A DNA stretch of 64,000 bases from Vulcanimicrobiota bacterium (lineage in GTDB: Bacteria; Vulcanimicrobiota; Vulcanimicrobiia; Vulcanimicrobiales; Vulcanimicrobiaceae): positions 640,001 to 704,000 of the forward strand of contig CAWCIZ010000003.1 in NCBI GenBank assembly GCA_963795855.1, in the 5' to 3' direction. The position numbers and the translations under genes were made by a program. Position 1 is the first letter of the stretch. Every line of letters starts with the position of its first letter. The notes beneath the pieces were generated by a model that saw nothing but the letters and a program-made list of their open reading frames with translations, was not told the DNA's origin and ran no database searches. Below are positions 1-13,240 of the stretch, in pieces.

Positions 1-1
1 C

Positions 2-244
<243 letters not shown>

Positions 245-253
245 CACGGCAAT

Positions 254-595
254 ATGCGCTACACGTGCCCCTGCTGCGGATACAAGGTCTTCAGCGGTCC
301 GCCCGGCACCGAAGAAGTTTGCGCGATCTGCGGCTGGCTCGACGACGCGATGCATCTGCGGTTTCCGCTCTTCGACGGCAGGCCGAACGGCATCTCGCTG
401 GTGGACGCGCAAGTAAATTACGCGCTCACCGGGTTTCCGTCCAATGCGCACGAGCGCGATCCCGATTGGCGCCCCATCGATCGCGACGTGGACGATCCGC
501 AATCCGTGCCGGTCGATTTTGACGGTTTGGGCGAGCCGGAAGATTCGACTCGGCTCTACTACTGGCTTCCGACGTATTGGCAACGCGCTCAATAG
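254..595 (+). CDS. CPCC-family cysteine-rich protein
   Basis: N-terminal YTCPCCGY...CAICGW.DD and PNGISL motifs. Confidence 0.8.
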   Translation: MRYTCPCCGYKVFSGPPGTEEVCAICGWLDDAMHLRFPLFDGRPNGISLVDAQVNYALTGFPSNAHERDPDWRPIDRDVDDPQSVPVDFDGLGEPEDSTRLYYWLPTYWQRAQ

Positions 596-1098
596 TCATC
601 GGCGTCGTTTCCGACACGCACATGCCGCGTCACGCGCGCGTGCTGCCGGCTGCGCTGCGCAGCGGACTGCAAGGCGTCGACCTCATCGTGCACTGCGGCG
701 ACATGGTGGACGCGATGGCCGTGCCGCTTTTTGAAGCGATCGCACCGCTGCAAGCGGTCGCAGGGAACAACGATCCGCCGGTGCTGCATCGCGAGTTCGG
801 CGCGCGAAAAATTCTCCAACTTGGCGACGTGCGGATCGGAGTCGTGCACGGGCACGCAGGCGGCGGCCGCACCACGCCGGCGCGCGCCGAGAATGCGTTC
901 AAAAGTGAACGCGTGAACGCTATTCTTTTCGGGCATTCGCACGTGCCGTACTGCGAGGTTCACGACGGCGTGCTGCTGTTCAATCCCGGTTCGCCGACGG
1001 ATCGGCGCCGCCAGCGCGAGTATTCGTACGGAATTTTGCGCGTAACCGGTTCTGCGATCGAACCGGAGTTACGGTATTACGCGGACAAGTCGCCCTAA
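577..1098 (+). CDS. YfcE/MJ0936-family metallophosphoesterase
   Basis: SDTH, HCGD, GNND, HGH, GHSH and NPGS motifs. Confidence 0.9.
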   Translation: MATRSIVIGVVSDTHMPRHARVLPAALRSGLQGVDLIVHCGDMVDAMAVPLFEAIAPLQAVAGNNDPPVLHREFGARKILQLGDVRIGVVHGHAGGGRTTPARAENAFKSERVNAILFGHSHVPYCEVHDGVLLFNPGSPTDRRRQREYSYGILRVTGSAIEPELRYYADKSP

Positions 1099-2601
1099 CC
1101 GCTCCGATCGATCCCGCTGCGGAAGGGCTGCCGCAAGAGATTCGTAGACATCGCGTGCGACGACGCCGCGCGCGCGCCGCAAAGCAGCATGCTTTCCTGC
1201 AAGTCCGTGCCAGTACGCACCTGCGCGTGCTGCGTCGACCGGTGAAAGCCCTTGCGAGAGCAGCGTCGCGATGATGCCCGTCAGCACGTCGCCGGTGCCC
1301 GCCGTCGCCAGCGCTGAAGTCCCGGTTGTGTTGACGTGCATTGTCGTACCATCGTAGACGAGCGTCGCCTGGCCCTTGAGCAGCGTCGGAATTCCGGTGC
1401 GATCGACGAATTCACGCAACCGCTCGACGCGGTCGGTTTGCGCCACGCTGCCCTTTCCGGACAGGCGCGCGAATTCACCGGCGTGCGGCGTCAGCACGAT
1501 GCGTTTGCCGCTAAGCGGCTCCAAGCGTTTCGCAAAGTGAAAGAGCGCGCTCGCATCGGCGACGATGGGCAGGTCGCATGCGTTCACGAAACCGCGAACG
1601 ATCTCGCCGGTGCGTTCGTCGAGCGAAAGCCCGGGTCCGATCGCCACGGACGAGTTGTGCTTGGCAATATCCAGCAACGACTCGACGGCCTTTTCGGCGG
1701 GCGCCGATGCGTCGATTGTGACGACGACCTGTTCGATGAGATGAGCGCGCAATGCCGGTGCTGCGGCGTTCGTCGTCGCCACGGTTACATATCCCGCGCC
1801 CGCGCGCGCGGCAGCCATCGCGCTCAATACCGCGGCGCCGGGGAACTGCTCGGAACCGGCGACGATGAGCGGCGCACCGGAGCTGCGCTTGTCCGATTCG
1901 CCGGCGCGCTGCGGAAGCAGATCGAGCAGTTCGGCGTCGTCGAGTGCGGCGTATTCGCGCGGCTGCGCATCGAGGGCGGTTTGCGGAATGCCGATTTCGC
2001 CCAGCCACAAGTCGCCGGTGCACGAACGTCCCGGAAAAAGCAGCAGACCGGGCTTCAGCGCGCCGAGGGTCACCGTTGCCGTGGCGCGTAACGCGGGTTC
2101 GACAAGCGTGCCGCGTTCGCCGTCGACCCCCGGCGGAATATCGATGGCCAGGCTCGGAACGTCCGATTCGTTGACCGCCGCGATAACCGCGCGATACGGA
2201 TCCGGCAACGGTAAGCGGGCACCGGTTCCTACGAGTCCGACGAGCACGAGTCCACAATCGCCGATGGCATCGCGTGCGGCTTCGAGCGATTGCGGAAAGG
2301 GCATGCGCACGACGCCTGCAGCGCGTGCGCGTTCTTCGGCGTCCCGCCGCGCGGCCGACGGATGCGTCGCGTCTTGCGCGTAGATCGTGCGGTCGTAACC
2401 TTGCAGCATCGCCAGCGCGGCGAATGCGTCGCCGCCGTTGTTGCCGGAACCGGCAAACGCAACAACGGTGCGCGAACGGGCATACCGCGCGGCGGCGTCG
2501 GCGATGCGTTCGCCCGCGCCGCGCATAAGTGCGACGTCGCCCACTTCGGCGCAAGCTCGTGCGTCGGCGTCGCGCATCTGCGCCGGCGTCAGCACCCGCA
2601 T
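1069..2601 (-). CDS. nnr: Bifunctional NAD(P)H-hydrate epimerase/dehydratase
   Basis: GSGNNGGD (YjeF-N), then AARAGAGYV, IGPGL, LTPHAGEF and ATAGTGDVL (YjeF-C). Confidence 0.93.
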   Translation of the reverse strand: MRVLTPAQMRDADARACAEVGDVALMRGAGERIADAAARYARSRTVVAFAGSGNNGGDAFAALAMLQGYDRTIYAQDATHPSAARRDAEERARAAGVVRMPFPQSLEAARDAIGDCGLVLVGLVGTGARLPLPDPYRAVIAAVNESDVPSLAIDIPPGVDGERGTLVEPALRATATVTLGALKPGLLLFPGRSCTGDLWLGEIGIPQTALDAQPREYAALDDAELLDLLPQRAGESDKRSSGAPLIVAGSEQFPGAAVLSAMAAARAGAGYVTVATTNAAAPALRAHLIEQVVVTIDASAPAEKAVESLLDIAKHNSSVAIGPGLSLDERTGEIVRGFVNACDLPIVADASALFHFAKRLEPLSGKRIVLTPHAGEFARLSGKGSVAQTDRVERLREFVDRTGIPTLLKGQATLVYDGTTMHVNTTGTSALATAGTGDVLTGIIATLLSQGLSPVDAARAGAYWHGLAGKHAALRRARGVVARDVYESLAAALPQRDRSERLGRLVRVIP

Positions 2602-2977
2602 CTACCGCGAACCGTGTCCTTCCAGCACCACGACCGCCGCCGCCATCGAAGCCGTGTGCGTAATCGTGAGGTGCATCTCCGCGATTGCACGCGAGGCGAT
2701 CAGGCGTTCCGCGTCGCCGTACAGCGCGAATCACGGGCCTGCCGCTGCGTTCGTGTGCTACGCCGACGCTTCGCCACGGGATCGCGTGACCGAAAGCTTT
2801 GCGCGTCGCTTCCTTCGCTGCAAAAAATCCTGCTAAACGCTCCGCGCGGTTGCGCTTGCGCAGCGCGTAGGCCATCTCTTCAGCGGTGTAAATCTTGCGG
2901 GCGAACCACGCGAGCTGCGCTTCCGCGAACTCGTAACGTGAAACCTCGGCCAAGTCCATGCCGATTCCCACAATCAT
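2602..2977 (-). CDS. acpS: Holo-ACP synthase, with one extra base near 2725 (likely sequencing error)
   Basis: MIVGIGMDL...FAAKEA.RKA...SGRP in one frame, continuing LYGDAERL...HLTITHT...AAAVVVLE in another; span 376 nt = 3n+1. Confidence 0.88.
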
Positions 2978-3019
2978 GCGGGGCTCGTTCGCGGTCACGT
3001 CGAAAAGCACTGCCCGAGG

Positions 3020-3553
3020 ATGGATACGAATCTTCGCATCGTTCCAATCAACGCCATCGATCCGGCGTTCCTTCAGCGGCTCGGGCTCTGCTTGGAGGAA
3101 CGTTTCCTTTACCGCGCCGCCGTCGAACGCGCGCTTGCGGTTCCACGAAGCTCGGTGAACAGCGCGCGCCAGCAAATGTTCGTGTCGACGCTGACGACGA
3201 AGGTTCTGCGGCAATATCCGGACGACTCCGGCCTGCTGCTCGCGATCACCGATTACGATTTGTACAAGACCTCGCATCGCTTCATCTTCGGCGATGCCGA
3301 CGAACAGCGCCGCATCGCCGTCGTTTCGTTGCACCGGTTGCGCAGCGATTTTTACGGCGAGTCTGCCGACGAGAACGTGCTGTTCCAGCGGACGCTCAAA
3401 GAATGCGTGCACGAACTCGGACACGCCGTCGGCCTCAAACATTGCTACAATGCGCGGTGCGCGATGTATTATTCGAATTCGATCTTCGAGACGGACAACA
3501 AAATGCCGTACTTCTGCGAGGTCTGCGAGAAGCGCAGCCGCGCGCGCAGTTAG
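3020..3553 (+). CDS. Archaemetzincin-family Zn metalloprotease
   Basis: HELGHAVGLKHC-x4-CAM zinc motif with Met-turn, plus C-terminal FCEVC. Confidence 0.88.
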   Translation: MDTNLRIVPINAIDPAFLQRLGLCLEERFLYRAAVERALAVPRSSVNSARQQMFVSTLTTKVLRQYPDDSGLLLAITDYDLYKTSHRFIFGDADEQRRIAVVSLHRLRSDFYGESADENVLFQRTLKECVHELGHAVGLKHCYNARCAMYYSNSIFETDNKMPYFCEVCEKRSRARS

Positions 3554-3616
3554 GCACCGGCGCTTGCCTGGTAGGCAGGCGACCTAAAACGAGTTCCGGC
3601 TAAATAATCCGCACCT

Positions 3617-5353
3617 TTGGCCGTAGATTCGGATATGGGCGGCCGTGCCGTCCGCAGTTCGCGTTTGGTGCTTTTCAAGCCCGAGGTGCCTGTGATCCAA
3701 GCCCGTCTCGTTGCGTGGCGCGCTCAGTTGGGGCTCGTTCCGCGAATCGCCGTCGCTGCTGCAGCCGCCGTTCTCTGCGCGGTTCTGGCGTGGTATGGCG
3801 CGCGGTACGAAGGGTTCGAACTGCTGCTGCTGGCGATGGTCACGGTGACGGCCGCGCTCGTCGGCGTGCCGCTGGGGCCGCTTGTCGCGCTCGTCGTCGG
3901 CGCAGTCGACTACGAAGTGCGCCGCGAGCAGCATCTTCCGACGGCGATCGTAAACGGCGTGCTGCTCGGGGTTCTGGGCGCGGTGCTGAGCCTGCTGTTC
4001 GCGGGCGAAATCGTTCCAATCTCGCAAACGCAGGACGAATTTCCCGCGCTTCTGGGCGGCGGCCGCGTCGCGCTTCCGCGTACGGAAGCGCTGCAGAACT
4101 CGATCTCCGCGCTCGCTTCCGGTATCCGTGAAGTTTCGCAGGGCGACTTCACCAAGAATTTGGCCGTCTCCAACGGTGCGCTCTCCGATTTGGCGATCGC
4201 GCTGAACAAGATGATCTTCGGTATGCGCGAGTTTCTCGGAAGTTTACGGGAGAACGCGCAGCAGCTCGGCACCGCCGGCAGCGAACTGCAAGGCACGGCG
4301 TCGACCGCGCTCGCCGTCATCGAAGGCGCGTCGGTCGCGCAAGGGCAGTTGGACGAAGGCATCGGCGAGCAGTCGCGCATCGTCGAAAACGCGACGCACA
4401 AAGTCGCGCAGTTGACGGAGACGATCGACGCGATCGCGACCGCCGCGGAAGAACAGACGCGCAGCCTCGATGAGACGTCGCTCGCGGTCACGAACATGGC
4501 GACCTCGATCGAGCAGGTCACGGCGCAGGTCGATTCGCTCTCCTCAATCTCGACGGAAACGTCGGCGACCGCGCAACGCGGCGGAACGGCAATCGGCACG
4601 ATTGTCGACGGTATGAACACGATTCGCACGACGATCGACGAACTTGCCGAAGATATTCAGCAGTTGGGCAGCAACTCGGACCAGATCGGCGACATCGTCA
4701 AGGTGATCGACCGCATCGCCGAGCAAACGAACCTGCTCGCGCTCAACGCTGCCATCGAGGCGGCTCGCGCCGGGGAACACGGGCGCGGCTTCGCGGTCGT
4801 TGCGAACGAGATCCGCAAACTGGCCGACGGCAGCGTGCAGGCCACCAAAGAGATTGCCGGACACATCCTTTCCACGCAAAACGTCATCAACGAAGTCGTC
4901 AGCGCAATGAACCGGCTCACCGAGCGCGTCGAGGAAGGCGTCTCCAGCACGACGTCCGCTTCGGGCGCTCTGCACGAAATCGTGCAAGCGGTGCTGGGCG
5001 CAAATCAGCAGATTAACGAGATTTCGTCGGTCGCGCGCGAGATGAGCAGCAACTCCTATCAGGTGATCCGTTCGATCGAGGAGATCACGCGTTCGGTTCA
5101 ACTCAACGTCACCGCCACGCAACAGATGTCGGCGCATTCCGATGAGGTGAATGCTGCGTTTCGCAGCATTGCGGAAATTTCGCAGCAAAACGCGTCGTCG
5201 GTCGAGGTGCTGACGTACGTCAACAAGGAAGTCACGGACGCCGCGCAGCGCATGCTCGGATCGGTGACGCAGATGAACGAGTTCGCCGGCAGAATGGACA
5301 GCCGGCTTTCGCAATTCAAAGTCAATGAAATCGGTGTGGAGGAGCCCCTATGA
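3617..5353 (+). CDS. Methyl-accepting chemotaxis protein (N-terminal TM bundle, signalling domain); start uncertain
   Basis: [37 protein letters not shown] signalling tip. Confidence 0.92.
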   Translation: MAVDSDMGGRAVRSSRLVLFKPEVPVIQARLVAWRAQLGLVPRIAVAAAAAVLCAVLAWYGARYEGFELLLLAMVTVTAALVGVPLGPLVALVVGAVDYEVRREQHLPTAIVNGVLLGVLGAVLSLLFAGEIVPISQTQDEFPALLGGGRVALPRTEALQNSISALASGIREVSQGDFTKNLAVSNGALSDLAIALNKMIFGMREFLGSLRENAQQLGTAGSELQGTASTALAVIEGASVAQGQLDEGIGEQSRIVENATHKVAQLTETIDAIATAAEEQTRSLDETSLAVTNMATSIEQVTAQVDSLSSISTETSATAQRGGTAIGTIVDGMNTIRTTIDELAEDIQQLGSNSDQIGDIVKVIDRIAEQTNLLALNAAIEAARAGEHGRGFAVVANEIRKLADGSVQATKEIAGHILSTQNVINEVVSAMNRLTERVEEGVSSTTSASGALHEIVQAVLGANQQINEISSVAREMSSNSYQVIRSIEEITRSVQLNVTATQQMSAHSDEVNAAFRSIAEISQQNASSVEVLTYVNKEVTDAAQRMLGSVTQMNEFAGRMDSRLSQFKVNEIGVEEPL

Positions 5354-6672
5354 GCCTGCGCGTTCGATTGCTCGGGACAATCGTCGGAGCAATCATTTTG
5401 TCGTTCATCATCAGCGCCGTCGCCGCGCGCCTGACGCTGCAGCGAGATTTGATGGATCAAGGCCGAACCGAAGTGACGGACGGCTCTAACGCCTTCTCCG
5501 GGTATTGGGATTCGCGGAAGGATCAGATTCGTCTGCTCGTCGCGCAGGACGCGGTTTCGGACGCGCTGCGCAAAAATCTCCAGACGCACGACGCACCCGC
5601 ACTGCAGGACCAGCTCTCGAACATCGCGCGCACGTCGGGCCTGTCGTTTTTGACCGTCGTGGACGAGAACGGCAAAGTCGTCGCGCGAGCGAACGGCGGC
5701 GGCGGATCTCTCGCGAAGAACGCCTACGTGCAGCGCGCGCTGACCGGCGAAACGGTGAGCAGCGCAGCCGTGATGTCGTCGCAAGAACTGCAAGCCGAAG
5801 GACTGCTGCAGCAGGCGCAGGCGGCCGTAACGGATGGGGGCAAAGTCGTCGAGCACGTCAACCAAGGTTTGGCGGTGATTGCCGCGGCGCCGATGAGCGA
5901 CGCGAACGAACGCACGTTGGGCGCGATTTACGGCGGCGTGCTGATGAACCACTTCTACGACTTGGTCGACCAGAGCACGCACGCGCTCGGCGGCCAGACC
6001 GCAGTTTTGGACGGCGACGCAATCGTTTCCAGCACCATCAGCGAACCCGACGGGACGCGCGTCATCGATACTCGCGCGAACCGCTACGACGCGCAGCACG
6101 TCGCGCGTGGCGGCGCCTGGATCGGTTCGGACACGCAGGGCGGAACGGAGTATCTCGCGCGGCTCGACCCGATTACGGACGACCAAAACCAGGTCATCGG
6201 CGCTCGCTGGTACGGCATTCCGATGTCGCAAATCACCGCGATCATCAATCATATGACGCAAACGTTCGTGCTCTGGGGTTTGCTTGCGATGCTGATCGCG
6301 CTGCTCATCTCCGTGCCGTTCGTTCAACGCATCTCCGACGCGATCGCAAAACGCAGCGCGCAAGTGAGCGCGGCCGCGAAGGACCTCGGCGTGACGATCG
6401 TCGGCGGCGAAGTGTCGGGCGATCACGTTGCCGCGACGCGGGCGGCGGTGGAGCGTGCCGGACAACTCATTTCGGATCTCTCAAGCGGCGAGGCGAACGC
6501 GAAGATCGCCGAATTGAAAGCGGTCAACGAGGAGCTGCACGGCGACATGGTCGTCATCGACACGCTCTCGCAAGAGATGAGCAGCCGTCTTCAAGACGCC
6601 GTCACTCGCGTCGCGGAGTTGAACGACGTCGCGTCGGGCCTCGATTCGCTCGTTCACGGAGCGTCGAAATAG
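5350..6672 (+). CDS. Cache-type extracytoplasmic sensor protein with short coiled-coil cytoplasmic tail
   Basis: TM1, then [17 protein letters not shown] / [17 protein letters not shown]ache-like strands, TM2 and a helical tail; ATGA overlap with the MCP. Confidence 0.75.
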   Translation: MSLRVRLLGTIVGAIILSFIISAVAARLTLQRDLMDQGRTEVTDGSNAFSGYWDSRKDQIRLLVAQDAVSDALRKNLQTHDAPALQDQLSNIARTSGLSFLTVVDENGKVVARANGGGGSLAKNAYVQRALTGETVSSAAVMSSQELQAEGLLQQAQAAVTDGGKVVEHVNQGLAVIAAAPMSDANERTLGAIYGGVLMNHFYDLVDQSTHALGGQTAVLDGDAIVSSTISEPDGTRVIDTRANRYDAQHVARGGAWIGSDTQGGTEYLARLDPITDDQNQVIGARWYGIPMSQITAIINHMTQTFVLWGLLAMLIALLISVPFVQRISDAIAKRSAQVSAAAKDLGVTIVGGEVSGDHVAATRAAVERAGQLISDLSSGEANAKIAELKAVNEELHGDMVVIDTLSQEMSSRLQDAVTRVAELNDVASGLDSLVHGASK

Positions 6673-6681
6673 CGGTGAACC

Positions 6682-6897
6682 GTGGCTGACGTCATTCTCT
6701 TCTTTTCGAGCAACACCGACACCATGATCGCCACCAAGGCGCTCAAGGACGCCGGTGTTTCCGCAAGGATGATTCCCAAGCCCGCGACGGTAAGCGCGGC
6801 ATCCAACCTGTGTTTGAGCATCGACGGCGGATCTGAAGGCGCGGCCGTAATCGCACTCAAGACGGCCAACATCGCCTTGGGCGGCGTAGTGAAGTAG
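6682..6897 (+). CDS. DUF3343-like small protein
   Basis: F.S...T..A.K.LK..GV.AR.IPKP..VSA.SNLCL pattern. Confidence 0.65.
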   Translation: MADVILFFSSNTDTMIATKALKDAGVSARMIPKPATVSAASNLCLSIDGGSEGAAVIALKTANIALGGVVK

Positions 6898-6899
6898 GG

Positions 6900-7640
6900 C
6901 TACGCTCGCAAAACGCGTGCATCGGCGAGTGTTATCTCCCGCTGCGCGCCGTCGTGATCAACGAACAGCGCTCCGCCAGTCGACAGGCGGAGCGCTGTTG
7001 CTTCAAACGGTTCGTCCTCGCCGTCGAGCAGAATGCGGTAGCGCGCACCGGGCAGATTCGCGGCCGCTTCCCAGTCCCGCGCGATTCGAAATGGATCGTG
7101 CAGCTGCTCGTACCGATCGTCCGCGAAGCGCAGCACCGCTTGCAGCACCGCGGCGCGATCGATGCCGGAAACGGCGTCGGAAAGATACGCCGGCGGCGGC
7201 GTTATCTCGGCGAGGGCGTCGGCGTCGTCGGGGCGCCGAACGTTCACGCCGACTCCGCACCCGACCCATGCGTACTCGCCGGTCACGCGCGAGATGCACA
7301 GAATGCCCGCGACTTTTCGCGGACCCATCAGCACGTCGTTGGGCCACTGCAGCTCGACCGGAATGTCGAATGCGGCGCACGCGTCTTTGACGACGAGCGC
7401 GATCCAAAACGGCACCGCCCACAGATGGGCAGTGGGCAGCGGGTCGGGCAGACCGATCGTGCAGAGCAGCGCCGTTCCGGGCGGCGCAACCCACGCGCGG
7501 CCTTTTCGGCCTGCGCCTTGCTCCTGATAATCCGCAACGAGCGTCAAACCGCGCGCCCGTTCTTCGCCGAGCATTCGGCCCATGTCGTCGTTCGTGCTGC
7601 CGGTCACCGCCACGCGCGAAATGCGGTTGAAACGCCCCAC
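6900..7640 (-). CDS. birA: Biotin-[acetyl-CoA carboxylase] ligase without N-terminal HTH
   Basis: [29 protein letters not shown] and GVGVNV motifs; GTG start chosen by length. Confidence 0.88.
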   Translation of the reverse strand: MGRFNRISRVAVTGSTNDDMGRMLGEERARGLTLVADYQEQGAGRKGRAWVAPPGTALLCTIGLPDPLPTAHLWAVPFWIALVVKDACAAFDIPVELQWPNDVLMGPRKVAGILCISRVTGEYAWVGCGVGVNVRRPDDADALAEITPPPAYLSDAVSGIDRAAVLQAVLRFADDRYEQLHDPFRIARDWEAAANLPGARYRILLDGEDEPFEATALRLSTGGALFVDHDGAQREITLADARVLRA

Positions 7641-7698
7641 GCACGCTCGCTTCGCGCTGCAGGCCTGCTTCGCCCGCGGCCCGTATTCCACCGCGGTT

Positions 7699-8157
7699 AT
7701 GGCAATCCAACGGACATTGATTTTGTGCAAACCCGACGCCGTTTCGCGCGGTCTCGTCGGTGAAATCGTCGCGCGCATCGAGCGCCGCGGTTACGTCATC
7801 GCCGCGATGAAGCTGATGCAACTCGACGGCGAGCGCGCGCGCAGACATTACGGCGAGCACGAGGGCAAGCCGTTTTTCCAAGGCTTGGTCGACTTCATCA
7901 CCAGCGGCCCGCTCGTCGCGATGTGCGTCGAAGGCGAGGACGCAATCGCCGGGTGCCGCCAAATCATGGGCGCGACCAATCCGCTGGCAGCCGCACCGGG
8001 ATCGATTCGAGCGGATTTTGCATCGACCATCGGCCGCAATCTCGTGCATGGCAGCGACTCGCACGAAAGCGCGGAGCGCGAACTCGGCATCTTCTTCCAA
8101 CCGAGCGAGTTCGTTTCGCGCAAACACGATCTCGAACGCTGGATCGTGGAGAAGTAA
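7699..8157 (+). CDS. ndk: Nucleoside-diphosphate kinase
   Basis: [39 protein letters not shown]. Confidence 0.96.
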   Translation: MAIQRTLILCKPDAVSRGLVGEIVARIERRGYVIAAMKLMQLDGERARRHYGEHEGKPFFQGLVDFITSGPLVAMCVEGEDAIAGCRQIMGATNPLAAAPGSIRADFASTIGRNLVHGSDSHESAERELGIFFQPSEFVSRKHDLERWIVEK

Positions 8158-10385
<2,228 letters not shown>

Positions 10386-10389
10386 GGCG

Positions 10390-10740
10390 TTACGCCTCCA
10401 GGATGCGGTCGAGCGAGGAGTTGATGCGGTCGAGTTCGTCCGAAAGCCGGTGGAAGATCTCTTCGCCCGCGGGCAGCAAACGGTAGAAGCGTTTGCGGCG
10501 CTTGTTTTCCTCGCGCCATTCGCTCTGCAGCAGCCCTTGCGTTTCGAGCCGGCGCAGCAGCGGATAGAGCGTGCCTTCGTCGATCTCCAGACCGGCTTCT
10601 TCGAGCGCCTTGCGCAGCGTGTAGCCGTAGCGCTCGGTGCGGAGCTGCGAGAGGACCGCCAGGGTGAGGCATCCGCGGCGTAACTCGAGCCGCAAATTTT
10701 CGAAGAGGCTGGGCGAGGAACTACTCGTACCGTTTGTCAT
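10390..10740 (-). CDS. PadR-family transcriptional regulator
   Basis: ELRRG.L.LAVL...YGY.L...EGTLYPLLRRLE.QGL..SEW...RKRFYRL. Confidence 0.93.
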   Translation of the reverse strand: MTNGTSSSSPSLFENLRLELRRGCLTLAVLSQLRTERYGYTLRKALEEAGLEIDEGTLYPLLRRLETQGLLQSEWREENKRRKRFYRLLPAGEEIFHRLSDELDRINSSLDRILEA

Positions 10741-10783
10741 ATACTGTGTAACGCATAGTATATGACACACACCCCGAAGTCAA
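10735..10783 (-). promoter_or_regulatory. Sigma70-type promoter and overlapping palindromic operator of the PadR gene
   Basis: TTGACT (10783-10778), 17 nt, TACTAT (10760-10755) on the minus strand; inverted repeat TGTCATATACTGTG-n5-CATAGTATATGACA at 10735-10767. Confidence 0.7.
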
Positions 10784-10814
10784 GCCCCTCGCCTGCAAAT
10801 TCGGGCGCCGTCCG

Positions 10815-11240
10815 CTACTGCTCCAGGACGTGCTTGTCGTTCGGGTTGTCGGCCGGCGTGGCGATGAGGTAGACCTTCAGCGGTGCGCGTCCGGTGGCCA
10901 TGATCTGAAACGCGGTATTTCGGGGGATCGAAAGCACGGAGCCGGGTTTGAGTTGAAACGACGGATAGCCCACGGTCGCCGAGCCGTGTCCGCTCAAGAT
11001 GATGAGCAGCTCGTCCTGTTTGCTGTACATTTCGTGCGAGGTGCGCCCGATGTACTCGGCGATGACGTCACCTGCCGGAGCGTGCATGATGGGCTGCGTC
11101 ACCGTGCCGTTCATGTCCGGCTGCAACTGCGCGAACGAGGTCGACGAGTCGGCATACGGAGATGCCTCCTGCGCCAAGGCGGCGGCGCAAGCAAGAAGGA
11201 TGGCTGAGAGCGCGAGCGCGCTTTTCGTTGCGATGTTCAT
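10815..11240 (-). CDS. Secreted cupin-domain protein
   Basis: Signal peptide; DELLIILSGHG...LKPGSVLSIPRNT cupin strands. Confidence 0.7.
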   Translation of the reverse strand: MNIATKSALALSAILLACAAALAQEASPYADSSTSFAQLQPDMNGTVTQPIMHAPAGDVIAEYIGRTSHEMYSKQDELLIILSGHGSATVGYPSFQLKPGSVLSIPRNTAFQIMATGRAPLKVYLIATPADNPNDKHVLEQ

Positions 11241-11289
11241 AGAGATAAGGATACACCGTCGCGTGCTTTGAATACGGAGAAGCCGCGTG

Positions 11290-11361
11290 GGGCCCGTAAC
11301 TCAGCGGTAGAGCGGCCGGCTCATAACTGGTTGCGCGTAGGTTCGAATCCTACCGGGCCCA
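11290..11361 (+). tRNA. tRNA with CAT anticodon, probably tRNA-Ile2 (lysidine-modified); CCA not encoded
   Basis: GGGCCCG/CGGGCCC acceptor stem, CTCATAA loop, GGTTCGAATCC T-arm; paired first base and no GGG/CCC anticodon stem argue against the initiator. Confidence 0.88.
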
Positions 11362-11401
11362 CTTGTGTTTGATGCTCGGCAGGCGGTGGAATGACGCAAG
11401 C

Positions 11402-11882
11402 ATGCAAGGAATCGTCATTTCCCGCGCGCTGAGCGTTGTCGTTTTGGCCGGCTTCGTCGCGGGCTGTCATCCCAGCACGCGCAGCGCCGCCGGGCAGACG
11501 CCGCAGCCCGCGCAGACGAGCATGGCGCAAGCCAATTCCACCGCGCCGCCCGATCAGGCGATAACGGTGGGGCCGGGCGATAAGTATTTTGCGAAGAGCG
11601 ATGCGCAAGCTGCACGGCGTGAATTTTGCGATATGGGCGAACGGACGTCCGATCGGGATCATCGATTGGCCCGGAAAAGCGCTGGACATTACGAAGGACA
11701 TGCGCGGGCACGCGAACGTAGTGGTGGTGCAGTGGACGCGAACGCAAAAGAACGGCGCCGGAACGCTGACGATCGGAACGTCGAAGAAGAACGTGTTCAC
11801 GACGACCGTCACGCCGTCGTCGCCGGCGAAGGGCCGCAATTCGAAGCAGTTCATCGCGCCGCAGGCGCCGGTCGGGCGATAA
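11402..11882 (+). CDS. Hypothetical lipoprotein, with one extra base near 11600
   Basis: Lipobox FVAGC; coding-like frame continues as MRKLHGVNFAIWANG...; span 481 nt = 3n+1. Confidence 0.6.
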
Positions 11883-12638
11883 CGCAGGCGTACGCGCGCG
11901 ACGGCTTCGTCAAGATCAAAAACGTTTTCGACGCTGCATCGCTCGCGTATTACCGCGAACACATTTCGAGCGAGGTCCTGCGCCGCAACACCAACACCGA
12001 ACCGCTGGCACATCGCGACACGTATCATCGCGCGTTCTTGCAGGTGACGAATCTGTGGCGGACCAACGACGTCGCGCGCGAATTCGTTTTCAACAAGCGT
12101 CTTGCCGATCTCGCGGCGCAGCGTGCTCGGCGTTGAACGCGTGCGGTTGTATCACGACCAGGCGTTGTACAAGGAGCCGGGCGGCGGCATTACACCATGG
12201 CACGCGGACCAATTTTACTGGCCGCTCTCGAGCGACCAAACGGTCACGGCATGGGTACCGCTGCAAGCGACGCCGATGGAGATGGGGCCGATCGCGTTTG
12301 CCGCCGGCAGCCACCGCATGTCGTTTGGGCGGGACTTGGAGATCTCGGACGAGAGCGAGCGCAGCCTGCGCGAGGCGCTGGAGTCGGGCCGATTTCGGGA
12401 GGTGAACGAGCCGTTCGAACTGGGCGAAGTCAGTTTTCACTCGGGATGGACGTTCCACCATACCGGGCCGAATGCGTCAAAGCAGGCGCGCGCGGTGATG
12501 ACCGTCATCTACATGGCGGACGGCATTCGCCTGGCGGAGCCGACGCGCAAACAGCATTATCTGGATTGGGAAGCGTTCATGCCGGGAATTCAGCCGGGGG
12601 AAGTGGTTGACAGCCCCCTGAATCCCGTGTTGAATTAG
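11879..12638 (+). CDS. Phytanoyl-CoA dioxygenase (PhyH)-family 2OG-Fe(II) oxygenase; frameshift near 12120, start codon reads ATA
   Basis: YARDGFVKIKNVF N-terminus; KEPGGG.TPWHADQ, TAWVPL, GSH, GEVSFH...FHHTGPN motifs. Confidence 0.85.
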
Positions 12639-12652
12639 GGTTTGTCACCCGC

Positions 12653-12727
12653 GGCGCCATCGTCTATCGGTTAGGACATCGCCCTTTCAAGGCGGAAAGA
12701 CGGGTTCGATTCCCGTTGGCGCTACCA
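12653..12727 (+). tRNA. tRNA-Glu (TTC), CCA encoded
   Basis: GGCGCCA/TGGCGCT acceptor stem, CTTTCAA anticodon loop, GGTTCGATTCC T-arm. Confidence 0.95.
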
Positions 12728-13240
12728 ATAAAGCTGCGTATTTACGCCGCTTTGCTCATGACGAACGCTGTCCCGCCGATCTCGGTGATCTTAGGCATAC
12801 GCCGGCCATCCATCGTGTAGCAGGTCCCTGACGGCCCTAAGTAGTGCGGCGGAGACGCCTCTCTTGCATGATTCTTGGCGCTGTTCCACGAGAGCAGGAC
12901 CACACTGGCAATTCGAGGATGGAATCGAAGCGCACTCGACGCGAGCCGTTGGCTATGGCGAGATAGCGCGCGATGCGATCGGCGATATTGCGGGCGCAGG
13001 GTGGGACAGCAAAGTTAGTCTCCACCTCAGTAGCCGGATCTGACGATTTCGCTGTTGTTGTTCACGAGCCTGGTAGAGAATGCGGCAGCGCAGAAGATCC
13101 CACGCAAACGCGGCATCGTATATTGCGCGCGTCCGAAGACGCAGTATTAAATCATGATGCGTTGGCCGCCGCGTTGTGATATTAACCTCGATATTGTCTT
13201 GTGATTCCACGTAGCGCTTTATACTATCAGTTTCGAAAAG

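Noticed and set aside
1511..3442. 643-aa minus-strand ORF
   Set aside because: Chimera: antisense to the protease gene, then the acpS N-terminus, then out-of-frame read-through over nnr caused by the indel
11290..11361. Initiator tRNA-fMet
   Set aside because: First base pair is Watson-Crick and the anticodon stem lacks three consecutive G-C pairs; elongator Met is not fully excluded
12729..13210. Gene or integrase at the left end of the tRNA-Glu island
   Set aside because: Only short broken minus-strand frames with no recognisable motif
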